64,000 bases of DNA, from NCBI RefSeq assembly GCF_009914755.1, contig NC_060929.1; one strand, 5' to 3'. The position numbers were made by a program, and so were the translations under genes. Below, in pieces: positions 23,485-41,681 of the stretch. The notes below the pieces were generated by a model that saw nothing but the letters and a program-made list of their open reading frames with translations, did not search any database and had not been told where the DNA came from. How positions within the stretch are numbered: the stretch's first letter is position 1; the number at the start of each line of letters is the position of its first letter. This DNA comes from the human T2T-CHM13v2.0 reference genome, Homo sapiens.

Positions 23485-24494
23485 ATGGGGAAAAAACAGA
23501 GCAGAAAAACAAGAAACTCTAAAAATCAGAGCACCTCTCCTCCTCCAAAGGAACACAGCTCCTCACCAGCAACGGAACAAAGCTGGACAGAGAATGACTT
23601 TGACGAGTTCAGAGAAGAAGCCTTCAGAAGATCAAACTACTCCGAGCTAAAGGAGGAAGTTCGAACCAAGGGCAAAGAAGTTAAAAACCTTGAAAAAAAT
23701 TAGACGAATGGCTAACTAGAATAACCAATGCAGATAAGTCCTTAAAGGACCTGATGGAGTTGAAAACCACAGCACGAGAACTACGTCATGAATGCACAAG
23801 GCTCAGTAGTCGATGTGATCAACTGGAAGAAAGGGTATCAGCGATGGAAGACGAAATGAAAGAAATGAAGCAAGAAGAGAAGTTTAGAGAAAAAAGAATA
23901 AAAAGAAATGAACAAAGCCTCCAAGAAATATGGGACTATGTGAAAAGACCAAATCTACATCTGATTGGTGTATCTGAAAGTGACAGGGAGAATGGAACCA
24001 AGTTGGAAAACACTCTGCAGGATATTATCCAGGAGAACTTCCCCAATCTAGCAAGGCAGGCCAACATTCAAATTCAGGAAATACAGAAAACGCCACAAAG
24101 ATACTCCTCGAGAAGAGCAACTCCAAGACACATAATTATCAGATTCACCAAAGTTGAAATGAAGGAAAAAATGTTAAGGGCAGCCAGAGAGAAAGGTCAG
24201 GTTACCCACAAAGGGAAGCCCATAAGACTAACAGCTTGATCTCTCAGCAGAAACTCTACATGAGAGTGGGGGCCAATATTCAACATTCTTAAAGAAAAGA
24301 ATTTTCAACCCAGAATTTCATATCCAGCCAAACTAAGCTTCATAAGTGAAGGAGAAATAAAATCCTTTACAGACAAGCAAATGCTGCGAGATTTTGTCAC
24401 CACCAGGCCTGCCCTACAAGAGCTCCTGAAGGAAGCACTAAACATGGAAAGGAACAACCGATACCAGCCACTGCAAAAACATGCCAAATTGTAA
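23485..24494 (+). pseudogene. L1 ORF1p remnant
   Basis: MGKKQSRKT start; frameshift in the A-run near 23700; further indels near 24237 and 24260; native stop at 24492-24494. Confidence 0.95.
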
Positions 24495-24557
24495 AGACCA
24501 TCAAAGCTAGGAAGAAACTGCATCAACTAACAAGCAAAATAACCGGCTAACATCATA

Positions 24558-28384
<3,827 letters not shown>

Positions 28385-31300
28385 ACAATGAGAACACATG
28401 GACACAGGAAGGGGAACATCACACACCAGGGACTGTTGTGGGATGGGGGGAGGGGGAGGAATAGCATTAGGAGATATACCTAATGCTAAATGATGAGTTA
28501 ATGGGTGCAGCACACCAATGTGGCACATGTATACATATGTAACAAACCTGCATGTTGTGCACCTGTACCCTAAAACTTAAAGTATAATAATAATAAAAAA
28601 AAAGAAAAGAAAACTCACGGGTTCTGTTTTGGATCTGTTCCATCTGGAGACTCAACAAACATTCGAGTAAGATGCTGGAAGGGCAATTAGATATATGAGT
28701 CTGAAGTTTAAAGGAGGTGTCCAAATTACAGAAATGTAGGTATTTCAACATATAGATGTTGTATGAAGCCACAAGACTGGTGCCCTCAACTATAGCCAAT
28801 GTTGAGGAGTGATAGGGTCAAAAACTTGATTGGAGAAGCTTCAAGAGAGAATGAGAAAAGAGGGATGGTAATAACGCAGTGCAACTAGGTAGAGGGGGCA
28901 TTCATATACATACTTTACAGGTGAGGAAATCCAGGCTCAGAGAGTGAGTGTAACTTGCTAAAAGACACACAACTGGTAAGAAACAGAATCGGGCTACAAT
29001 CCAGGTCGCCACAAATGAGTGTTTCACCCATTTCTCCAGGCCGACTGGACTGGGACTTCTCTGCTGTCCCTTCCTTCCTATACCCCTCTTGGGTTTTATT
29101 TTTTGGCAAAGGAGATATGGGGGGAAAGGGGAAAGAAAAACTACAATTGATACTCTAAATGAGATAATATATGTAAAGACCCTTGGAAAACTGTAAAGCC
29201 ATATAGATGAAGGGAAGTATTACTATTAAGTTTGGTAAGGTTTATTTATAACATTATCACTTCCTGTGATGGCTAATCATTTTAATTTCCCTCAGAATTG
29301 ACCTTTAAAATGAGGAAAATTGGACTTAAGTTAGACAAACTAATGCTATAATTAAAACATGGTCAAGAAAGATTTCAGGGATCTTCTGGCAAAGAGATTG
29401 GGGAAGAAGCCCATCTCTCTGGTTGACTTCCCCTGAAAGCAAAATAAGCCATGAAACAGATGGTGAAAGATACTGTTCATTTTGCCATGAAATAGATTGT
29501 GGAAGAAATACTGATCATTCAATGAGGAGCTATCAAAACTGGTTTTCCTTGAAGGCAACTCTGATTTTTTAATAACATGATCTGGATGGGAACACTACCC
29601 ATCCAGCTAAGGAGCATTCATGGACGAAATCTATGAAAGCTTCAAGAAGAATCTATCTGCCCCATGAGTAAAAGACTGGCCTAATTTGAGGTCATGTGTG
29701 ACAGAAAGAAAATAGCATTAACCCAAAATGAAAGTCTCTGAGTCAGAGAAACCCGTGTTTCTCACTTTCCCCTAGATTTCTCAGCCAGCCAGAAAAGGAA
29801 ATAACATGATCCCATCTAAGGACTTTGTACTGAGAAACTAGGTCAATCATCGTCTAACTAAGAGCCTCCTATTGAAGTAAATGAAGCGTGTTTAGGAGAT
29901 TCAGACAGATGTGCTTGTAAGTGGTTATCTAAATGTGACCCCTAGTGTACAACTTGTGTGGCACTCACAGGGGAAAATCTAGGTGATTTGATGGACTGGA
30001 GACCACAGAATCATGGAATGCTCAAGCTGGAAAGAACTAGAGAGCATCTAATCCAGTTTTCTAGCTTTACAAATGAGTGGTTACTATCTTTCTATCACTA
30101 GGCAAGTGATTAAGTGACTTGCCTAGGGTGAGATAGTGGCAGAGCTGGAATGGAACTAGGTCTCCTAAGCCCCAATCTAGTCATTTCCTATCCATTTGAG
30201 AATGTTTTCCATAAAATGCCATTGTCTTTATGTAGTTTGATGTAGGACCTACCTACAGAAGAACGTGGGAATTAAGTGTTGATTTCACATTGGCTAATAT
30301 GAAGAGGGTATTGACATCATTTATATGATCTGAAGCAGTGCTCATTAGTAATTGAATCTTAAAGTGCTCATGTTAAGAATTGCTAGAAAGATTGAAAACA
30401 CTTTCCATATTTTCCACATTGCACATCACACATTTAAGTGGCAGATTATGCCACTTCTTCTCAGCCCAAGGTTCCTAGTGATCTTCAAAAGAAAGAAATT
30501 ATATCATGGAACTAGAACATTCAGTCAGGGTAGAAACCTGCTGGACTGTCTCCCAAGGTTCCCAGCTATGGCCATTTGTGTAGGTAGCTATTATTTTTCA
30601 TCCATGGTTCCAGTAGTAATAGAGGACATTGTGTCCTCCTGCATACTGGTTCTCCCAACCCAGATGCCCCTCACTGCCATCCAGTGAGTATTCGGGTCAC
30701 TCACGCTGTAATTTCTTCCAATAGTTTGTTGCATATTCCATTGTTGGATCCATCCCCTTCTGGATCCCCTCAGTCTGTAGAATGACCTTGCCTTCCCCCA
30801 ACTTTACTGAAAAAAATCAAGGCCATTCAACATGACCTAACAAAGCTTCCCTTTTCTTCACTCTACAATGTCTCTTTATCTTTTGTCCTTTCCAAAAAAG
30901 AAATATTCCTTTTCTTTTCAATGTCTAGTCCTTTTGTCCTTGTGAACCCTTCCTGGGACATTGCTTCATCAGTTATCAACATTCTCTTCTTCATTTCCAT
31001 TTTCTCTTCTCTTTATGACTCCTCCCTTAGCTAGAAAAATGCCCACAAAACTTTTAAAAAAACTTTAAACTCAAACTTTAAAAAAACTTTAAACTTAAAC
31101 TTTAAAAAAAAGAATCTGTTGGCCAATTCCTCTCAAGTTAAATCCATTTTCACCCTCCCTTTTACTTCCAAATTTGCTGAATGATCGAATTTGCCACCTT
31201 CTTTATGCCTTGCAATTTCAATTTTAATCCAAGAGTCTCCTGGAATTATTTTCCTAGAAAATTAAAATAATCAAAATTGAATCATTTGACCCAATGACCT

Positions 31301-31651
31301 ATTCTTAGTTTTCAGACTTTCTTGACCTTTCCATGGAGTTTTGTCCACTCAGAAAATATTTACTAAAGATCTACTTTGGCAAGGCTCTGAACTAAGCCCT
31401 GTGGGGAATAAAGATGAGAAATGCCTTGCCAAGAGCTTAAAAACTAGTGGGAGAAACAAACAGAGAGATATACCAAGTGAGTGCTTTTTCCTTACAGCAA
31501 TTTGGTTATATAAGTCAGCGATATTTTTCACATTATTTGTGTGTGTGTGTGTGTCTAATCATCCCAGTTAGAGTATAAGTTTCTTGAGAAAAAGAACCTG
31601 GTCTTCTGTCCCCAGTGTGCCCTGCATAGAGCCTTGGCCTTGGTAAATGTT

Positions 31652-32242
31652 TGTGATAATCAGCCTCTGAGATGGCCCCAGTGGTTCTTGCCTCCTGGTT
31701 TTCATGCCCTTGTGTGGTCTCTTTAAATATTGAATAGGTCTAGTTTATGCAACCAATAAGATTTTGAGGAAATGATGGTCTGTGACTTCTGAAGCTAAGT
31801 TACAAAAAAATTACACTTTTGTCTTGTAACTGAGAAAACTTTGCAGCTACATATACAGTCTACCTTTTATGGAAAAACAAATATGACTCGGGGGTAGAAC
31901 CAAGAACTCAGAGCATGGAGCCAAACACAATTAAGACTTATGCCGGGAAAGAGTAACACTGACTAGTGAGGCCTCTTGTGAACAGCCCGTGAAGAACTGA
32001 GGCAGGACTCCTGCCCGCAGCCATGTGAATGCACCATCTTAGAAGTGGCTTCTCCAGCCCCAGTCAAACCTTTAGATGACTGCAGCCCTGCCAAGATCTT
32101 GACTGCAACTAAATGGCCAAGCTAAATTGCTCCTTGATTCCTGACCCATAGACACTGTGTGAGATAATAGATGCTTTTTTTTGTTTTAAGCCACTAAGTT
32201 TTGGGGGGTAATTTTTTTATGTAGCAATAGATTACTAATACA
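31652..32242 (+). mobile_element. MaLR solo LTR (MLT1-like)
   Basis: TGTGATAATCAGCCTCTGAGATGGCCCC start; TTTTAAGCCACTAAGTTTTGGGG...GCAATAGATTACTAATACA end. Confidence 0.8.
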
Positions 32243-33104
32243 GTGTTTAATAAATATTTGTCCAGGAAATAAATCATATCTCAAGAAGGAACATAACCAA
32301 ATCCCAAGTATGCTTAGTAACTAAACTAAACAAAACAAAAAAACCTTTCAAACATATACTCCTAGGCCCTTGGCAGGGAGAAAAGTTGACTCTCAATCAT
32401 AATATACCCTCTTTATGGGCCCAAAATACAAAAAGAAAGCAAGGAAAGATGTTGTGATTCACTTCACTGTTGACCAATGTAGACTGTATATTGTTGTCTT
32501 CTTCCTTGAATATGCAAGGAATGTCCAAAATGTATGTGGACTGGCAAGAAAAACAGGCAATGTGACCCAGGAGATAATAAGGGAGTTAAGGCTCTTCACT
32601 CACTGATTCTCTCTCCTTCCCTCTCTTTTAGGCCTGAATTAATAATCTTTGTTATCACTGCTTCATTTTCCAGGATTACAAGAAAAAACAAAGTATTGTA
32701 GGTAAAAACAATACAGCCAAGAAACGTCATCTTATGTTTATACATTTAGAAGCATCCTTTGGAGCAGGAAGAACTTAAATTCTAAATCTCAAGATAGCTA
32801 AAACAGATGCACTATTCCAAGGAGCCAGCAAGGAAAATACAATCCTGCTTCTCAAACACATCCCCTGGAATTGGTCGCAAGTTATCTTCAGAGAAGAGAA
32901 TTGTCACCAGATTAAGAGAGTAAAGGACCCGATGACAAGCACGCCTGCATTGCATTCACAGGGCTGGCTTTCAGTTCTCCAAAAAATTCATGTCATTGCC
33001 TAAAAATTACTAATGGAAATTGGTACGCAGACAGATACAATACTGTTGTTGTTTTTGGTTGTGGTTTTACTTCTACTAAAGCCCACAGCACTGCTGAGGA
33101 ATTA

Positions 33105-33525
33105 TCCTCTGAACTGAAAAGTCCTAAAGTTAGGCTTGTATTTGACTTCAAACAATAAACCCCATGCTGAAAATGGCTTCAGCAGATACAGCTCTTCCCT
33201 CCAGTGAGCAGGCAGTGAGGAGCAGGCAACCCAGTCTCCTTCTGACTTCCTGTTTATGTTCCAAGCAGGAAGAAGGGAGAAAGACAAGAATGCAAAAGGC
33301 AGAATGGGCATCCAGTCTCATCTGTCCGTTTTAAAAGCTTTCCTAGAAGCTCTACCCAGCAACTCCCACGCCCATCTCATTGACGAGAACTGGGTCACAT
33401 GACCACTACTCCTGGCGAAGGAGTCTAAGAGGTGAATGTTTTCATCTTCTTACTTCTCCATTAGAGGAAAGCAGGGAGAAAGGAGTTGTGTGTGCCAGTG
33501 GGGCCAGTTCACAATGTTTGCCACA
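33105..33525 (-). mobile_element. Old MaLR LTR fragment (MLT1J/K-like)
   Basis: CATCTCATTGACGAGAACTGGGTCACATGACCAC motif characteristic of old MLT1 in reverse orientation. Confidence 0.55.
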
Positions 33526-36242
33526 CTAGGGCTATAAGAGATCTTGGGTAATTCTGCAAATCTGTTTTTCTGCCCCACATAAGATTATTTCCCAAAGATA
33601 ATGCTCTCCTTTAGAGTATGTGGTGAATGCTGCAATACAGAAAAGGATCTCTTGCCCCTCACCCCTTCACAGCAGAACAAAACAGCAAGACTTTCCTTTT
33701 AGAAAGCAGATGCCTTGGGAGCTACTTCACCTGGGGCCAAACGTATCCTCTCAGCAGCAGAGGTGATTATTTTTCTTAATTACTATTGCTTTGCATCTTG
33801 TTATGTGAGCTGTCAGCGTCTTAATTTAGCTGATGACTTTCTACAATCATTTTAGATTTATTTGGTACCTAATTTACTTAACATAGCTTTTGCTGTGAAA
33901 GTTAATCCGAGGCCCAAAAACTCTTAATAAGCTCAATATTTTACAGTGAACACTACCCTGAGGATTGCTTTATGAAAATGATGACAAGGCGCAGGGTCTG
34001 TAGCTTTCAGAATCAATAAGTCACTGACTAATGAATTAGAAAGGTCTTGAACTTCTACTTCAGTGCAGGCTTCATGTACCAGATGCACAAATGAGCATTA
34101 GTAAATGGAGCTGGTTCTTAGTAGAAAATTTCCATTAATCCAACACCGAGTGTAGAAGAATCTCTGTAGTCTTGTAAATAGACTTAAGAATAATTATTAA
34201 GAATTAAGAATTATTGTGATTAATTAATTAATTAAAATGATACTGGTTTTGCCACCATTTCTTCAGGTATTTCTCTTAAGATGAAACTGTTTTGTTTTTC
34301 TGTTTCTACCAGTCCTGACTTTTGATATCAATGGAAATCAGCTTAGCAAAAACAAACAAAACAAAACAAAACAAAACACCCCTTTGAGCTATCTCTCTCC
34401 ATATACCACTTAGGGGTGAGTTCAAAATGCAGGGACCCCTTCTGTGTATTTTACAATCCAAGACTGAAAATACAAATGAAGAGGAACACAGAGCAATCAT
34501 AAAACAGGCATACCACTTGACAATGCAGCTAGCTGCCCCACCGACTGGAGCACCTCACGTGTGTGCCTGCTACCTTCACTTCCAAATATCTAAATAGTGC
34601 CCTGCAAAAAACTAGAAACTTGGGGAACATTTGTGGAATAAATAAATGCTTTTGATAATGATGGAGAGTAAAAGTGGAGGAAGGAGGAGAACAGGCAGAA
34701 AACCCTCACAGGGGAGGCAGTCAGTATGTGCTTGCGGAGAAGGTGGGATTTTTCATTTCTCTCCCTGGGATTAAAAGGAGCAGGAGACAAAATTTGTCTT
34801 TACAGGTGGGTGGGAAGACAAATCCAAGCTTCTAGGTTCTAATCCAAAAGCACAGAGGATCTAGTAGGATCTGAAAAACAGACATAGGAGCCCAAGGAAG
34901 AAGAGAGAGAGGCTGGGGAGTTGGAAGGAGTTGGGAGGAGTCGAGAGAGGTACACTGTTTCTGGACTCTCAGCCTCAATTCCCTCGCCCCCAAATTAGGA
35001 ACAAGAAGAGGACTAGCTCTGCCTATTTCAAAGGTGTTTTAAGTATTCAATGAAATGGGAAATGTGAAAGTGTTTTCAAAACTTCCAAACATTCTGTTAA
35101 TACGATAGGTCCTTTCAAATCTAATTTTGGCCCTGGAACAAGTGAGCAGGTGGTTCTGCTCACCATGATGGTAAACTAGGCACAGAGGCAAGTCACGAAG
35201 GGGTTGTGGCCCTGGGATAAAAATGGTCAGGGTGCTTGAAAGCTTTGCCATGAGAGTCTCAGATTGCCTCTGTTTCTTAGAACACTCAACTTCCTGAAAT
35301 ATTTTTTACACTGAATGTTTTTATCACCAACAAGGCTTTATGAGAAATAAGGAGACTGAGACTCCAGAAATTAAGGGGCTTTTGTTGATCATTTTGTTGT
35401 TTCTTGTTGCACACACAACTGGTTAACAGCAGAGCTAGGAAGAGAGCTTATTCCTCTTGGCTCCTAGTCCAAAACTCTGCCCATCCTGGAAAACCCTCTA
35501 GCATGATTTAAACCTATTAGCGCTTTGTTTCAAGCCCATACAAGTTAATGAGCAAGAACTAGGAAAGATTATATGATTCCCCTGGACTTCTGATACCTTA
35601 CCTTAGAGCAATTTGCATGAGGAAAGTCACAGACTCCAGGCTTTCTCTAAATTGATTCCCTTTTTGCAAAGCCAAGTCCATCTGTTTTTCTGGGAGGAAA
35701 ACAGGGGTACTTGTGCTGTAGCCTCCCTGTGGAGTTCTGCACTGGGGGTTCACAAGAGAGCATCACAACAGGCCAGCCTGCCTGGGTTTCATAGTGGAAG
35801 AGCTAGACCTGTAGCTAGCTCTTGGTTGTGGAGGTCCCATCTGTTTGAGAGATCATCTGCTTTAAGCTAGATTTCTTTATTTTGAAGCCAGGCAACACAT
35901 TTATTTAGGTGGTTATGCTAAAGCTATGTGTTATTTTTCTTCCTTCCCTTGCCCGTTTGACCTGCTGTTGACTCTGTCTGATTTTTGTCCCTCTAAGGAG
36001 TGAAAGCAATGGCCCATTTTTGTATTTCAATTACAGAAACTATTTTTCTTCCTACTGAAAAGAGAACAGAATGAATATTCAATAAAATAAGCACTCTTGT
36101 GAAGTTAACTAATGAAGGTATGTTATCTGATAGAGGTGACTTCCTTCTGTCTTCATAATAAAAATAACTAGAGTTACCAAGGCAAATTTGTATTATAAAC
36201 TTTTTATCAGGGACTTTCACATACATAATTTATGTGCATATA

Positions 36243-36576
36243 CAGTAATGCACTGCATAACAACGTTTCAGTCAACAATGGACTGCACGTATGCTGGTGG
36301 GCCCGTAAGATTATAATACCGTACTTTTATTGTACCTTTTCTGTTTAGATACACAAGTACTTACCATATTGTTGCAATTGCCTACAGTATTCAGTACAGT
36401 AACATGCTGTACAGGCGTAGCCCAGGAGCTAAAGGCTATACCATATGGCCTAGCTGTGTAGTAGGCTATACCATCTAGGTTTGGGCGAGTACACTCTATG
36501 ATGTCCACACAATAACAAAGCCACCTAACGATGCATTTCTCAGAATATATCCCCGTCATTAAGCGATGCTTGACTG
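36243..36576. mobile_element. Tigger3a-like TcMar MITE
   Basis: Imperfect TIRs CAGTAATGCACTGCATAACAACG / CGTCATTAAGCGATGCTTGACTG, with TA on both sides. Confidence 0.85.
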
Positions 36577-36859
36577 TACATGTTTGTGAACTTTTATAAA
36601 CCTTGGAAAAGCAGCCTAAAGGTACACTTCATATTGCTTCTATAGACTATGCCACACAATGAAGCACTTAATTATGCAATATTTTTTCATGTTAATTTTG
36701 AAAGTCTTTAGAAGTTGAAGATTACATCTACTAAACTTCTTTATGTCCTCCGCAAGACCTAACACAATCCTAAGCATGTGGAAGGTGTTTAAAAAATATT
36801 TTTAACTGGTTGATTTTGAGAAATAAAATACTAATCCTTAGGTATTGACAAATACCTGG

Positions 36860-37680
36860 AGAGGTAAGGAGGGTCTGGTTGATGAAGAGCTATAAATACC
36901 ATGTCAATGATGATAATGCCTGCAAGCTAGGAAGTGGCTTCAATGGTCTAGTAGAGGACAAAGGTAGAAGGGGGAAAGAAGTGGAGAGATGATGCTAGCA
37001 GAGAGATCTTTTGGAAGCTGTTGGAATGGTCTGAGTGGGAAAATGTCTAAATAATGGCATTGACAGGGGACATGCAGAAGATGACACAGATGCAAGAAAT
37101 ACATAATAAATACCATCAATGGGATCCCATTGGAGTGGGGGAAAAGGGAATCTGCAATAATTCCCAGGTTTCAGGTTTGGACAGTTGCATCATTATCCAA
37201 AACAGAAAACACAGCATGATGAAGAGGTTGGAGATGGGAAGAAATAAAGAGTTTCATATTGGACGTTGTCAATTTTGGGACTAGCAGGAAATCTAGATAA
37301 AAATGTTTAGTTAGAGGTTAGCAGTGTATGGGCCAGTCTCAAAGAGAGGAGGGAAGTTTGAGCTAGGGATTTAGACTTGGAGGTTGTCAGAGCGTGGATG
37401 CTAGTGGAAGGTGTGGGTGTCAGTGAGAACACCGAAGGACAGTATAGAGAAGGATGTTAGGATTTAAGGCAGTCCCATGACAGAACTAGAGAAAGAGCTA
37501 TAGAGGGGCAGGAGGGAAACCGGGTGATTCCCTGAGGGCTTGTGGAGGCAAGAGCACAAGACTGGTGACTGCAGTCAACAGAACGAAAGGTATAAGGTCT
37601 CAAAGAGATGAAAAAGCTGAAAAAAGGGAATTCTCAAAGTGGGCAATTGATGGTCAGGTCTTAGAAAAAACTAATGTCAG
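36860..37680 (-). mobile_element. Degenerate L2
   Basis: ATAATTCCCAGGTTTCAGGTTTGGACA and GAGTTTCATATTGGAC motifs in purine-rich sequence. Confidence 0.55.
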
Positions 37681-38701
37681 ATGCATGACAGTGCCCAAGA
37701 TGTGGCCATGGGGGACACTTGAAGCTGAATCATGAAACTTCAGCTTCAGTGGACAAGGAGATTACTGCTCTCGCATGTAATCTCTCTATGAATTCCAAAC
37801 ATAGATTCTGTTGTTTGGTTTGAAATTGGGCTAGTGGGGCAGGACTTGTTGGAGAGAAAATGAGGCTATTTGGCCAAAATACAAAGCTAGGTCTCTGTAG
37901 ACAGCAGATGTTGTAAGGTGCAGCTGTAGGCTGCATTGACCCAGCCTTTTGGTAAATGCTCAAATATGGTGCCATTTGCTGATGATAATTGATATTTGAG
38001 TGATTGTGAAGAAGATTAAAAGAAAATACTTTACTGGAGCATAGCAATTTTCATCTCCACAGTCAAAGTACAGAGGGCAGGCAGGGTGACGGTCCCAGGG
38101 GATTTGCACAGGTCACATCATGCATACGGATGAACACTTGACTATGAGTGCTATGAAGAACAGGTGATTAGTCTGGAAGCGAAAGATAGTAGGGGCCACA
38201 AATAAATGGCAAAGTATCTTAATATTGCTGCAGTTTAAAAATAATAACTGACATTTATTTAACCTACATCGGACACTGTGTTCTACAGAAGCTTTATGTG
38301 TATTCTCTCATCTAATACCTGAAACACCCTTAAGAGGTAAAATAACAACTAACACATGTATCACTTACTAAGTGCTTACAGCTACCCCATGTGTTAGTGC
38401 TATACTGTTGTTTTGAAGATAAGGAAACAAAGGCACAGAGAGGTTATGGAAGCCCATTCTAAATCAAGCTAGTACACAGTGGAACCTGAAGTGGAACCAA
38501 GGCAGCTGGAAGTCAGAGTCCAGCTCTTAAGCACAATGCTTACCATAGGCATTTTACAGGTGAGGAAAACAAGGCACCAAAAAAAATAAGCCTCTGAACC
38601 ACAGTGACACAGCTAGTAATGTTGAGGCAGGAATTTGAAGCATTGGAAAGCAGTGAGCCATTAGGAGGCAGATTATGGTACATTATAAAAAGGCTTGTCT
38701 A

Positions 38702-39015
38702 GGCCAGGCGTGAGCCACCACAGGCTCACGCCTGTAATCCCAGCACTTTGGGAGGCCAAGGTGGGCCTTATGAAGTCAGGAGTTCAAGACCAACTTGCCC
38801 AAGATGGTGAAACCCTGTCTCTACTAAAAATACAAAAATTAGCCAGGCATGATGGCAGGCACCTATAATCCCAGCTACTCGGGAGGCTGAGACAGAGAAT
38901 TGCTTGAACCCAGGAGGCGGAAGTTGTGGTGAGCTGAGATTGTGCCACTGTACTCCAGCCTGGGTGACAGAGCAAGACTCCATTTCAAAATAAATAAATA
39001 AATAAATAAATAATT
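38702..39015 (+). mobile_element. Alu (AluS-like) with rearranged 5' end and (TAAA)n tail
   Basis: TSD TAAAAAGGCTTGTCTA (38686-38701) / TAAAAAGGCTTGCCTA (39016-39031). Confidence 0.95.
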
Positions 39016-39494
39016 TAAAAAGGCTTGCCTAAATACCAAAGCTACATAACAGTGAGATAGGCTGTCCAGTGGGGTTCTGAGTCTTCTATGCCCAGATAAA
39101 GCCAGGAAATGAGGTGGTATCTTTAATTGGCATCACACGTTATCGTTTCTGAGGTGCTTTATGGGGAGACGCTCTTTTTTGGCTTTACATCTGACGAACT
39201 TGCTGGTTCTTCCCAGTCCACTCTGGTCAAGAACTTCAAACTGAAAACAGACCCATTGTTTTGGCATGCCCTCTACTAACTGCTGTCATTGGCACTTGAG
39301 TTGGTTTTTGCAAAGGTCCTAGATAATTTTTTCCTATTGAGTAGCATTTGCTGAACCATTACATTATATTTCTGTACTTGTGCTCCTCATTCATTCATGT
39401 GCTTATTCAACGAATGTTTACTGAGTATCAGAAATGCCAGGTGCTGTCTAGGTGTTAAGGATGCAGAGAGAAAGAAGGCATAGTTCCTGCCACA

Positions 39495-39925
39495 GAGGCT
39501 GTTGGTGCCCCACTTATATCCCCCTATCCTGAAGGTCCCCAGCATACAGGTTTTTGCAGGCCACAGGCATCCAGCCTCTCTCTGCCTGAGGGTGTTTTCT
39601 GGCCATGGCATGCTTAGCCCATGGACAGGAGTGTCCCTCAGCCCACAGGGGCAGGAGCTGTTGGGTAAATGCCCCGGCTTCCCTGCCCTTAAGTGGGACG
39701 ATGTGAAGTGTGCTCCAGACTATCCAAGACTCCCCAGGAAAGCTAAGCCCCAGTTCTAGAATTCACATCAGGAATATCATTAACGCTCCCTTTATTGACT
39801 CTCCTCCATTCCCTTCCTCATTTCCTCACTCCCTCACTGTAATTCTTGAGATCATTTTCTAAACAAACTACTTGCACCCAAATCCTTGTTTCAAGGTCAA
39901 CTTTTGGGGGAGCCTGCCCTCAGGG
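39495..39925 (+). mobile_element. ERVL solo LTR (LTR16-like)
   Basis: 3' signature TAAACAAACTACTTGCACCCAAATCCTTGTTTCAAGGTCAACTTTTGGGGG. Confidence 0.55.
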
Positions 39926-41681
39926 ACTTCCAGCCTAGTGGCTGGGACATACGAAACCTTGGATTCATTCAAACAAACTACACTGAGAAAATGAGAGGCA
40001 CCCTCCTTAGAAGGGAGAAACACATCACATGGCCGTCCCTTCCGGTGCCTTTCGGTCAGCTTCTAGCACGGAACAAAGACACCCAGGGGCGCCTGCAGAG
40101 CACAGTCAGGTCAGAGTACCAGTGCTGAGAAGTGATGCATCGGCACATGGGGATGAAGGTTCTCAGTGTTCTGCAGGCAACATCATCCATCACTTGTATA
40201 GAAGGGAGCAAAAAATACAGGAGAAAAAGAGAAAGCACGTTCAGGTGCCCTGTAAAGATTTTATTTAGCCACCCATTCCTTGTCTTCAATGGGGAGCACA
40301 TACTCTGAACTCAGCAGGACTCTTTGCCCCTGGATCCCTTCTGCAGCATCTTGGGTTATTGGCTACTAGCCTGGTTGGGGTAAATTTTAAAAATCTGCAG
40401 TTCATGCTTGCAAAAGAGCAGCATCAGGGGAAAGGGGTATGAGCATCTGACAGGCAGTCTAAATCCCTTGGAACACAGATTTAAACAGAGTAGGATCACA
40501 GGCACAAGCTTCTTTGAGGCCACCTACCTACCGTCCCCTTGTCAGACATGGTTTGTGTCATGAGAACACAGTGTGAGTTGTAGGGTCTGTTCCCCCACTG
40601 AATTTTAAGATGAAGCATGTTTAGCAAACCACTGGAAATGCTTCTAGACCAGAGCTTCCATCATAAGCTAATTTGCATGAGGGCTTTTATTGTTATTAGG
40701 AGAAGGTTTTGCCCTCTGCTGTCAGGTGAAATGAAAGCAGACGTGAAGTATGCACCCCGGGCTAGGCCCCAGGGATCGGTCATTTCAGCCCTGTAGGGAG
40801 GACTTCAGGAAAGGTAGAAGGAGCACTGGTCCTCAAGCACTCTGTGACTCGTGGGGGCCCCAAGCAGCCCCACTTGATTTGGGGCCCATGTGTGAGCAGA
40901 GTGACAGGGTTCATGAGGGATGGTGCTCTGCCTTTCCACCTGTAGCACAGCAAGGTACTGAGGTTGGAGGAGATGTAGGGATCTGCAGGCTTGGGGGTCC
41001 ATGGGAGAGGAGGCCAGCAGCCACACCCACTTGGTGGCTCACTGGACGTGTTCCAGCAGCCAGGCCCCCTCATTTAACTGAGAGCACAGACAACGATGAG
41101 GGGACTGGGAAGGAGACCATGAGAAGACACTGGGTGTTCCAATACAATACCCTCAGGATCCCACAAGTAATTGGCAGATATTTTTGATTGGGACAGAGAA
41201 AGAATTTTGCCTCCTTTACATGGAGGTGGGAGTGAGGAAGCAGGATTCAAGGAATCAGTGAAATCATCAAAGCTAATGTGACATATGGGAAAATGGGAGT
41301 TAAAAATGCAATTTAAAAAAAGGTTGGGAAAACTGGGCAAAACATTCGTTCTGGAGAGGCAGGCACAGTCAAGTTCTGCTTGCCAGCCTCTGGGAAACCA
41401 CAGGCAGGTACAGGTGGTCTTCAAGGATCTCAAGCTAAAAATCAGATCCTATCCTGGTAGAGTGTACCACCTCTGGCCTTAGGCAATGAACTTCCAGCCA
41501 GTGAACCTAATGGTTTCCAAAGGCCAGATGTTCAAAATTTGTCTTTAAACAGGCCCAGCTCATCTTCATGGTTTTAACTGTTATTATAAACTTGTTTCAA
41601 TTTTGCACCTTGATCCTTAGCCAGATTCTGTGCCTAGGTGCAAAAACAAGTTACACGTCTAGGATCTTTGTGGCTCTGAAT

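Noticed and set aside
31045-31110. AAACTTTAAAAAAAACTTTAAACT(C/T) tandem repeat as a CRISPR-like array
   Set aside because: Low-complexity ~25-bp tandem repeat without spacers, in a eukaryotic L2 relic.
40750-41187. 145-aa ATG-initiated ORF
   Set aside because: No recognisable homology or supporting exon structure; length is compatible with chance in locally GC-richer DNA.
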